Shown here piece after piece: positions 49,837-59,745 of a stretch of 64,000 bases of DNA. Location of the stretch: contig OZ116703.1 in the NCBI GenBank assembly GCA_964199315.1, forward strand, positions 16,368,001 to 16,432,000. Direction: 5' to 3'. Within the stretch, counting starts at the first letter, position 1; every line of letters starts with the position of its first letter. The stretch comes from Orbicella franksi (lineage: Eukaryota). Under the pieces are notes generated by a model. The model made no database searches, had not been told where the DNA came from, and saw only the letters and a list, made by a program, of their open reading frames with translations. The position numbers and the translations under genes are program-made.

Positions 49837-51890
49837 CTAAACAAGGAGAGTCGGATCTTTCAGGATCGGATATCTTTCCTCGGGATTTCCATGGACGTGC
49901 GAACTTGGTGGGTAAGGTGCCTGTAGGCCTCCATCGGCTGCTCGCTTCAATGGTGGAATTTTTAGTAGCAGCTCTTTCAACTGGCTGAATTTTGACTCTG
50001 TTTGACGCATCAGTCCTACCGTAATCCGGTATGGTGGTTTGTCATTAGCCAGGATACATTGCTCTGTCCATTTACCACTCGATTTCTGGTTGACGTCTGC
50101 TTCAATGATAGAACTCTGCGTAGCCAAGTGCCTGCGAATCTTCCTCTCCATCTTTTTTTGTGACTTGACATCTAGAACTATGGAATCTTCAGTAATTTCC
50201 AAACCAAGAACGTCAGAGGCTTTCATAACTATGCAGGATTTTTAGTGTACCGGTAGCCCTCTTTTTATTTCTAAATATCCTAAAAAGGGTGCAAACTTGT
50301 GAAAGACGTGCACATTATTTCCTAATTTTAAAAGTACTTTGACGATTTTTGAAAATGGCACTTTATGCTTTGGTTTTTGTTATTCGTATTGTGTAGTTCT
50401 AGGAAAAATCCATAACCACCCTACAGATCCCAACCTCCAATGTTTCAAGGAAAGTAAAGCTAGAGAAAAAATTTTGGTACCTGGGTGGGTTTTTTCTGGC
50501 ACAATACAATCACTGTCAGTGTAAACTAGTTTGAAAAAGCACATTTTACCTGCTGCAATTTTTGCAATTCGCAAACATAGCGTTTCAGCTGATCGAACGC
50601 CAAGGTGAGCAGTACCAGGGTAGTACTTAGAACGGGGTGTACCATTCAAATTTTTATGCCCAGTGTTCCCAAGATTTTGTTTGGCAAGCTCTCTGTGCTT
50701 TTCTTTGGTGGCGGCTTTTCCACACAGTTCAGTCTCAATTTTTTTTCTGGCAACTCTCTGCATCTGAAACTGTCCAAAATGGTTCTGGACAGATGATCTT
50801 CATGTTGCCCAGTTGGATCTGGTGCTCTGGGGCTTCTGGGATTGGATAAGTGGATTTGGCAGATGAACTGCCAGTAGATAATCTCCTCTCCTTACCATCC
50901 CCCACATGTTCATCTAATAATTTTTAATTTCTTGCCCAGTCAGTGGGTGTTAAATTGTTTTTAGCTCTTTAAGTTGTTTGTAAAAAGCTTGACCACATTT
51001 TCTTGTTGTCTCATAGTCATCATTCCCCAACCAAAGGGCACCAGTTAAAACTTTACTTAGTAAATTGTGAGGCTCAGTTAGTTTCACTCCTTACACTGGT
51101 TTCTCCTGTCAAATGACGAGACCATTTTAGCCAAGGAAAGCCATCAGTGTAATCCATTAGAATCAGACAATTATTATTGGCTGTATTAATTACACTCTAA
51201 GTACCAGGTTGGGTAGGAAACAATGAAATGTACTTTTCAATGTCAACATGACCTAAAAACACTTCTCCAAATTCATTGAATTCTAGTAAGACCAATTTGT
51301 TTCAGTAATTCTTGGCGGGTGTCATTCAGATGACCAAAAATCTCATCCTTACTTAAAACTGGATTGATGCCAATGGGCCCTTCCAATTTTTTCCCCCACT
51401 TGTTTCTCAGTACATTTGGTGTTTCTTTTTGTCCAGTCGTAAGTGACCTCACAATTCCACAAGAAAATTCCATAAAGGCCAAGTGCTGTTTTCTAAAAAC
51501 ACAAGGCATGACAACATCCTTGAAAAAAGAACCATGGTCAATTTCGAGGAGCTAGTCACAAGAATAAGGTTTGTTCTTTTGAACTATTTCAGTTAACACT
51601 GGCCTCTGATTACAGAAACCAGTGCTTGAAGTTATGGGTAGTGCAGGGACAGTTCATTTCTGAACTTGCATAATTTGCTGTGAAAATCGCGAGTTCCAAC
51701 AGTTCCGTGCGGTACAAAGTCGACCGGTGACAATTTTGGCAATCCTTGGTAAAACTAAATCCACAAGTTCTTCATCGTTCAGACAGTTCTGCAGCTCGCT
51801 GATCCTTTGCTTCCTTGAATAAGGATTACTCTCGTCTAGAAATTTTTCTGCGCATTGTCTAAATGAAACCCGTTTCCGGGAGGTTGGCAA
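49837..51890 (-). pseudogene. Fragmented coding sequence of unknown type inside the EnSpm-like element
   Basis: Consecutive minus-strand ORF pieces (51890-51654, 51509-51273, 50763-50380, 50226-49837) with protein-like composition, broken by stops and frameshifts; no catalytic motif recognised. Confidence 0.4.
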
Positions 51891-52779
51891 GCTACTCGGT
51901 TTGTGCTCCGGATAAAGACGAAGATGTTCGTTTAAACTCTTTTTGTTTTTGTAAAATTTACCAGTTTTGCAATGGGCAATGAAGACGAATTACTGACTCG
52001 GCGTTAAGCACATTTTCCTTAGCTCGACAAGACATCCAAACAAACAATAAAAAGCCATAATAAAAACAATTAGCTGGCAAAAGAAACAATACTTAAGTAC
52101 TTTAAATGTTGGATGTCGCCGCGTCAGAATGCCCGCAAGAATTGTGCCACCCGCGACAATGGAACTGACTTCGAGAGAGCAACGAAGGCTCCAGCAAAAC
52201 TTCTTTAAAATCAGCACATAAAAAAATACAATTAAGACAAACACACCATTCCCAAAAACCAATAACAGCTTTACTACGAGTAACATTTACTGTTGATAAA
52301 GCGAATGTCCAGTACATAACAAAGAAATAAACAAGCTAACTTCATACAACGCAGGAGTACATCGAGCTTACGTTTGGATTGTCTGCAACGCTCGTCGTCA
52401 ACGCAGAGTTTCTCTTCTTGGCAATAACTGCATCGTACAAGCTACCCAGTGACAAGTCTTCTCACTCGTTGATGGCGAAGTATTTTTAAAACATCGAGCT
52501 CACATCACGCCGACGAGCCGCCATGATTCGAAAACAGATTAAATTGGTGCGCGCATTTGTTTATGGGATACGGCATTAAAATTTCTTTCCCCAGGCTCCC
52601 GCAATGACGTCACAGATCACCTGGCTGGTCCTACTGTTTACAAGTCCCCTTTAGGTCTAGTATTTTATTTCATTGTTTCACATGTCATGCCGCTCTCGAA
52701 AATTCTGGTAAGAAACGTAACACACAAAAAATCCACTGCGATCTATTTCCTGTTTACTCTGAGAAAAAGATAAAAGTTC

Positions 52780-53215
52780 CAAAAAGTTTATAGCGGAGCT
52801 CCGGCGGCCCGAAGGGCCGCGATGCGGAACCCCATACTCATATAGGAAAGAAAAGGAAACCCATGAGTTGATTTTCTCATGATTGTCATGGCTAGCGGTA
52901 TTGCTCGTGGGCGCGTACGCACGACGACGACGACGACGATGACGACGACGACGACGACGGCGGAGTTGCCCAACATGGCAGCCATACTCCAAATAATAGG
53001 TTGACAGAGACATGCAGCCTTGGTTTGCTGTGTACTTCCTTGATATTGGACATCCATGTTATGATCAATTGACAACTGTCAAAACAAGGTATCCGCTGAC
53101 CAGTATCACGTGACCATATCGCGGGCTCAGGTTTGCAGCTCCTCGAGGTCACGTGTTTTCTTGAAGTTGACCGCTGACCAAGCGCTGGTTATCGATTGGA
53201 TCGCGGGCTCATATT
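52780..53215. mobile_element. Interspersed repeat with a (GAC)n tract, unclassified
   Basis: (ACG)n at 52921-52959 inside sequence absent from the paralogous segment at 55725-55900; resembles a common coral repeat from memory. Confidence 0.45.
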
Positions 53216-54191
53216 GGGTTAGCTTGTTTGAAACACGGCAGGATTGCTCGGAAGCCGGTTTACACTAACCCATAAAACAAATGTCACAAAGGTGAAATTT
53301 ACAATCACACAATCAGTCAATTGTATGCTACTGATCGCTATTATAAACAGCTCAGAGAAAAAAATCATGATATCTGGCGAGGCGAGCTAACATTTACAGG
53401 CCGGCGAAGTGGTGAATAGTAGATAGAATGGATAGAATGGTGATAGAATTTTGATAATTACACAGCGCAGTCCAAAATTTTTAGAAGCTTAAAATTTTGC
53501 TCCATATTCTCGCTAAGAAATAATTATCAATAAACTGTGGAAATACACGAAATAGCACCTAGAGCCATTTCATTTACAAAACAAACTCAAACTAAGTATA
53601 TGTTGTTTACTGCACAAATTCATATATATGTTCAAAGTATTCTTCGCAAACGAACTAACTGCAAAATTTCAAATTTAGCCTGCGGGAAAACTGACAAGCG
53701 AAAGCAGCAACGACGAACTAGACAAAAACTGACAGTGTACCACGGTCAATTTTGAAGATAGTTAACAGCGTCATAATATGTTTGATTTTGATCAAAACGG
53801 CCACAAACTGGTCCAAAAATTATGAGGCTGCAATGAAACGCCGAAATTTTATGATACAGTCAACCACACCAGACTAGGCCATGGGGCCAAGGCTATTACT
53901 TGTGACGTCACTTGTGCGGATCCCGAAACATACATCTTTTAACACACATCGAGAATTAAATACTGTTTATAGAGTGAGCCGCACGTCAAATCGAAATGAA
54001 TGAGAAAGCAAAGCTAGGTCTTGTTTAAAAGAGTAAACAATAACGGCGAAAGGTACATCTTATGGTGCCACGCGGTTCATGTCAAATTTTGTTTGAAAAA
54101 GAGAGGCAAGAATAATCGAGGCTCTTTAACAGCTTGAATAAAAACATTTCGTGTCAATAATTCGTCTTTCGATTTCTCGATTTTTTCATAT

Positions 54192-54305
54192 TTATTTCAA
54201 ACTCACCCACTTGCTGCTGTACAACTTGAACAACACCACTGTAATTATTCCACCGATCACTGCACCAAACATTGCACTTTGCCAAAATTTGTCACTAGGA
54301 ATCAT
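54192..54305 (-). pseudogene. Single-TM microprotein, copy 5 (C-terminal tail deleted)
   Basis: MIPSDKFWQSAMFGAVIGGIITVVLFKLYSSKW|VSLK*; a ~90-nt deletion removes the tail and stop, so the frame runs into the conserved donor. Confidence 0.6.
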
Positions 54306-55236
54306 TCTTTCAGTTTGTCCAGATGACGCACAGATCACACAGCACAGGGTTGAAGAAATTTCTAGCGAATCCTCGTATATATGTACATATTATTACGTTT
54401 TATTTCTTAATTCCCGGTTTGCAGTTGGCCATTTAATTCCCGGTTTGCTATTGGCCATTTAATTCCCGGTTTGTCTTTGCCCAATTGCTGTTGGTTAATT
54501 TTACAGACATATCTAAAATGAGCTTCATAATTGCCACGTTGCTAAGAAGCAAGGGGATATTATACTTCTAGAAAGTTTGCATTTAATTAAATCAACAGAA
54601 TAAATTCTCTCTGCAAAACAAATAATTTTTATTTTCTTTTATTACCGATCAAAACGTTCACCGTTAATTAACGGTGAAATATTATCTCATGACACCAGAC
54701 GATGACACTTAGCTTGAAGACTTGAAGACAAAGTTTGCTTTTCCTTATCTGCAGTTTACTAAGAGCTGGAAGACTTCTATAAAGAGGCTAAAGATTGACA
54801 CCTAAACAGATCAGACAGATCTGAACAGATTCAGTATTAGAAGAAACGAAGCAACAAATGTTTTGAGGAGGAACTGCATGATCGCACTAACCTGCCTAGC
54901 AGACGTTAAACGGGGGAGAGGGAGGCAAAGCGCGCTACCCCTTCCCCGTTTACGCCTACCACGCAGGCTATCGCACAAGCACAACAAACACTCAACAAGA
55001 CAGACCGCAGAACTTTCTAGGTAACGGCTTGCCGGGCCGTGGAACCAAACTTTACTCAAACTTAATTCGAGTTAAAAAGACGAATGGAGACGCGAAGTTT
55101 ACATTTCCGCGACGAATGACATCAAACTGGAATCGAACGGCTGATAACTGACTTACTTTATAGTTGACGCGATGTGTTAGTAAAGTTACTTCTTGTTTCT
55201 GTACGATTCTTATCATACAGCATTATAGGGCTCAAT

Positions 55237-55430
55237 AGGCCCTTTGCACGATCCGGTCACATGGTACGGAATAAATTATGCTGGGACGCAAGTTACACAG
55301 TGGGACTTCTAAAACAAAGAAGAGTCGGGCTGGACTAGTACGAGTTCCTTTGTTTTGGAAGTCCCACTGTGCAACTTGCGTCCCAGCATAATTTATTCCG
55401 TACCATGTGACCGGATCGTGCAAAGGGCCT
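55237..55430. mobile_element. 194-bp fold-back MITE with AT TSD (ISL2EU-like)
   Basis: Arms of ~80 bp, nearly perfect (AGGCCCTTTGCACGATCCGGTCACATGG...); AT at 55235-55236 and 55431-55432; absent at the paralogous site near 19690. Confidence 0.8.
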
Positions 55431-57258
55431 ATTCTTATGAAGGAAAAAGATTTTCAATTGCAGGTTTCGCAATTTATAAGCTTCTAATCATAGATGCAAA
55501 TTGAACGCCATCGTGTCACACGCGTGTAAAAAGTCTGTAACCCAAACTGCGGCCTGTAAAGCGTCCGATTATTCGGCGAGATATCGAAACCATTATGTTC
55601 AAGGCGGAAGGCCAATGAAAAGCAACACCATTGTCATATTTCGATTCCCCCGACTGTCTTGATTTGCATAATGACAGACCGTCACGTGATCCTTGCGTGT
55701 CTTGCTTACTCGAACCCTCCGCACGTCCTACTGTTTACAAGGTCTTGGAATTTTATTTCACTGTCTTACATGGCTGCACAAAACAGTAGTTTCACTATTA
55801 AAAATTACCACAGCTCTGATTCGTTTGCGTCACGACGACTAAACATTCTTGTTTACACCAGCTGTGTTTCTATCATAGAAAACGACATTTACAATCAATC
55901 AATTATATGCTACTCATCGCTACAAGAACTGTTCAGAGAAAGAGTCATGATATCTTGCAAGGCAAACTAATATTTACAGCTCTCATTTCCGCATCTGTCA
56001 TTTCTACATCTGACTACTCTTCAAAACGTATTGCGCATCATAAAGAAAACCACGGACGTCCTCAGAAGAAAAAGCAGGCTGCAAATTCTTGCTTGAGTTC
56101 TGTATTTCTAGAAAGAAAAAAAAGAAAACTAATCAAATCTGTTTTTCTTCGTTACTTTAATTATGTCTGTTAACCTGTATGTTAATTATGTCTGTTAACC
56201 TGTGTGACTGGATATCGTTAGTCAAGCGATATCTCAATGAACAAAACAAGGACGATAGTTCTCTTTTCCTGTCTCTTTATCCTTCCTATTTTTGTCGACC
56301 TTTGCTCTGGGTGGTGGTGGTGGATAGAATCTTAGAATTTTGAAAAATAACACAGTGCCGTCCGAAATTTTTCGAGGCTCAAAATGGTCCTGCTACGAAC
56401 AACATATTCCTGCTCTGAATAAATTCTAAAAGACTGTTAAAATGTATGAAATAGCACCTAAGGCAATTCCGGATTTATTTACAAACGCAAACTAAATATA
56501 TGCTGGTTGCTGCACTAATTTAAATAACCAACGAAATATATGCAAATTTAGCCTAGGGAGTGACTGAAATGTGAAAGCATCCGGAAACGACGACAAACTT
56601 CATAAGACGTGATTTCGCTTGTGAGTGAGTGCTCTTGCTTTGCCCTCGAAGCCGAGCGTGACGTGACATAATTGACTTGGATTTCCGTCGCGGCTTCGCC
56701 CAAGCGAGAATAAAATGGATGTTCGGCCACCAAAATCCACTAGCTGACAAATCCTGCCAGGTACACAAGCTAAAAAACTAATAATGTTCTACGGTCAAAT
56801 TTTGTTGATTTTGACCAAAACTGCTACAAAGTGGTCCAAAAATTATCAGGCTGAAATGAAACTTACAGTCAGAGCCTAACCTAACCAGACTGAAGTGTGC
56901 GCCAAGGTTTATTTACTACTTCGCCGTACTGGTCCCGCAACGTGGAGCGAGGGAATCGAAACAACATTTTTTAAAAAACACATCGTTAAGTATATATTGT
57001 TAATAGAATGAGCCGAGCGTTAAATTGGAACGAATGGGAAAGTAAAGCTAGTTCTTGTTTAAGACAGAATAAAAAATAACGGAGAAAGTACAATCCTACG
57101 GTGCCGCGAGGATTCAAGTAAAATTCGAGGGACACGCAGCGCTCACACGCAGGATAGTCAGGTTCAATAAATCGAGCCTACTCAAAACTTTTACAATCAA
57201 TAATCCACGTTTCGAGTTTTTTCAAATTAATTTCAAACTCACCCACTTGGTGCAGTTA

Positions 57259-57405
57259 TCAAAACCGCTCATCATTTTCTGTAGGCCACTTCCTAGATTT
57301 TTTCCCAGCCTTCTTCTCCCACAACTTGAACAACACCCCTGTAATTATTCCACAGATCACTGCACTAAACATTGCACCCTTCCAAAATTCGTCAGAGGAA
57401 AACAT
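57259..57405 (-). CDS. Single-TM microprotein, copy 6 (48 aa)
   Basis: MFSSDEFWKGAMFSAVICGIITGVLFKLWEKKAGKKSRKWPTENDERF*; in-frame 24-nt deletion relative to copy 2; TGA TAA then donor. Confidence 0.65.
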   Translation of the reverse strand: MFSSDEFWKGAMFSAVICGIITGVLFKLWEKKAGKKSRKWPTENDERF

Positions 57406-57575
57406 CCTTTTAGTTTGTCTAGATCAAACGCAAATCACAACGCACACTGTGAAAGAAGTATTTAGCGAATTCTCCTTTTGCTCGCTAATATATGTTTGAA
57501 TGACAAATAGTTGAGGTAGAGCAGAGGTAGAGCAGAAGTAGCCGGACAAAGGGAAACTTTCCACGCTTGGCTTCC

Positions 57576-57638
57576 AGTATGTTGGCTAAGCTTATTGGCT
57601 AGTAAAATTGTCTACTCAATAAGCTTAGCCAACATACT
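57576..57638. other. 63-nt hairpin with a perfect 22-bp stem
   Basis: AGTATGTTGGCTAAGCTTATTG (57576-57597) pairs with CAATAAGCTTAGCCAACATACT (57617-57638); 19-nt loop. Confidence 0.85.
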
Positions 57639-57671
57639 TTCCGGGTCATGTTTCTCGTGTGACGTCCGTTA

Positions 57672-57881
57672 AGCCTGGTTCTCATATGCCGCCGACATAC
57701 CAAACTTTACTCAAACTTAATTCGAGTTAAAAAGACGAATGGAGACGCGAAGTTTACATTTGAGTACGTCGGGGATCCATCGCAGATGCGCCGGAGACCC
57801 ACTGGGACATATCGCCGGACGTTGTCAGTTGCAACCGGCGACTACGTCGCAGATAGATCGGCGGGATATGAGAACCAGGCT
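57672..57881. mobile_element. Harbinger-type MITE (same family as 26478-26890), internally deleted, carrying 62-nt filler DNA
   Basis: TIR AGCCTGGTTCTCATAT; TTA TSD at 57669-57671 and 57882-57884; 57700-57761 is identical to 55045-55106. Confidence 0.82.
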
Positions 57882-58224
57882 TTACGTCCTGGTGTGTGGA
57901 AGTGATCGTATTGATGATTTGTGAGTTGTGAAGCGCGGGGCTTCATGAATATTTCAAGTTACCGATACTACTTGATTGTTGATTTAAGTGTCTTAACAGT
58001 CAACCAAGCCACGACAGTCCGTCAAACTAAGTGGTAACTGATAAATTATCTTCTCTTTAATGACTTCAAAAGGCTCTCGTCCAAGACGCATTCTTCAAAC
58101 TCGTCACAACCTGAAGGAAACACTCTACTGCCTTCTCTAAGCTGTAAGTGTGTCATCGATCCAAACTACTCCAGAATTTTTAGGAGTTCAGCCGGAAGCC
58201 AGAAGTACACAAGCTCAGACCGAT

Positions 58225-59745
58225 GTACGCTATCGTCAGCGTGACTCTCGCCCATTACACTCTGTTCAAGGTCTTCACCACGTGTTGGTAAAAATAAGCT
58301 CGTGTTTGTTTCATCGTGCATTACTCCCCTCATAATCTGAAGCATTGCAAAACAAACATTAAGCAAAGGTGGAAACAGTATAAGACCTGATGTATAATGT
58401 GTGGACAAAAGATAATCAAGAGAACGTGGTCGGAGACAAAGCTCGAATTTGCCGGCAGCTCGCAGTATTTATTTATCATGATCAATGCAAAAAAGTAGGC
58501 TTACCTGACGACAATTTTGATCAGACAACTCTTCTTCTTCGAATGTATTTCGCGGAAATCTCGGTACCGGAAGAATACGGATTTCATCCTTAACAAGAGT
58601 TCTTTGGCATTTCTGAGTATTGGAAGAAAGTCGTCTTCTAAAGTCTTCGGAAGCGAAGTAACAAGAGCAGACGGCGGACGAAGCAGTGGGACTCCACTTC
58701 GCACGTTTCAGCTGTACAAACTCTGTCCACTGTTTCCTTCGAACTTTTGCCTCGTTTCGATCATCACTCACCGTAAAATGGAATCTTATGCAAGGCAATT
58801 CCCTTCTCTGAATTATATTAGAACAACCCGCGACAAAACGTCTGTCAGGCATATTGATGACGCCGAAAACTCTTTACATTACTGAAACAACAGTCACATG
58901 AACTTCGCGCTTCTTGACTTGACGTCACGACCCGTTCTGGAACCTAATCTCTTTTTTGCACTGACTCACGGTCAGCTTCACTGGACGTGGGCGAAGCGGG
59001 AACTTTAAAGCTCGAATTTATGGTGCAAACGCGTCGGAATCCAATTTTTTTTGGAAGAATTTTGTTGGCCGTACAGACACGTTAATATTAATTCTTTATG
59101 TACAACTTATGGGAGAAGGTAACTCCAAAAAGCTCACTTTTTTGGGCTTCGCTTATAGGAAGTAAACGTTCAGCGTTTTCACTCACCGAAGTTTCAGCCT
59201 CTAAAGTGCCTGCTATCCTGAAGAAATTCGTCTCGAAAGAAGGGATCTTGGAGGCCGCCATTTTGAAACTGTCTTGGTAGCCAGGCCGTGTTTATGTGAC
59301 ATCATTCCTGGTCCGACACGAAATTGGCGGGGAGGACAAAAACGCGCCAATGACTTGGCATCCTTCGCAAGGTCAGCAAAATCTATTTTTTTCCAAGCGA
59401 TTATCCACTTCACTATCTTCAATGCTATCATTTCCGAGTTTCGAGCATGTTTGGCTCAAAATAATATGGTTCAAAAGCAGCCATAACTCAGAGTGGAATT
59501 TAAAAGGCTCTTCGGAAGCCATGTGGACAAAATCTCTCGGACAGAATAACATCACGAAAACGCAGCCTGGCTGCTGAGTACTGTTGAAAATGGCGGCAAC
59601 GATGTTCGAATTTTGGGCTTTTTTGGAGACGAATTTCATAAGAAAAACTGCACTTTCTAGGCTGAAACATAGGCGAGTGTCTAAACTTAATGCAAGGTTC
59701 TTATAAGCGTTGGCAAAAAATATACGTTTTTTAGAGTGACCTCCT
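58225..59745 (-). mobile_element. Truncated Kolobok (KolobokP-like) element: 632-bp terminal module bounded by inverted repeats, plus a THAP exon
   Basis: TTAA at 59746-59749 next to terminus AGGAGGTCACTCTAAAAA; inverted copy AGAAGGTAACTCCAAAAA at 59114-59131 (15/18); absent from unit A (21580-21770). Left boundary approximate. Confidence 0.65.
58505..58852 (-). pseudogene. Degenerate THAP zinc-finger exon (transposase N-terminus)
   Basis: MPDRRFVAGCSN...RRKQWTEFV...KWSPTASSAVCSCYFASEDF; THAP C2CH pattern with the first Cys and the His lost; donor CAG|GTAAGC at 58505. Confidence 0.75.

Larger units (their letters stand above)
44143..52624. mobile_element. EnSpm/CACTA-like (CMC) non-autonomous element, ~3.2 kb without its nested insert
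   Basis: ~115-bp TIRs starting CCAGGTGATCTGTGACGTCATTGCGGG (left TIR split by the Sola3-like insert); 2-bp CT TSD at 44141-44142 and 52625-52626; paralogous empty site at ~55710-55740. Confidence 0.78.

Noticed and set aside
52678-53152. Poly-Arg, poly-Val and poly-Ser ORFs
   Set aside because: Translations of a (GAC)n tract inside an interspersed repeat.
54408-56205. Short tandem duplications (26-bp unit at ~54408-54470; 25-bp unit at ~56157-56206)
   Set aside because: Ordinary local slippage with no further structure.
11610-57465. Plus-strand ORFs over the microprotein repeats (11426-11902, 11610-11846, 42284-42514, 54151-54462, 57247-57465)
   Set aside because: Starts, stops and frames are inconsistent between copies; only the minus-strand frame has a conserved ATG, stop and donor.
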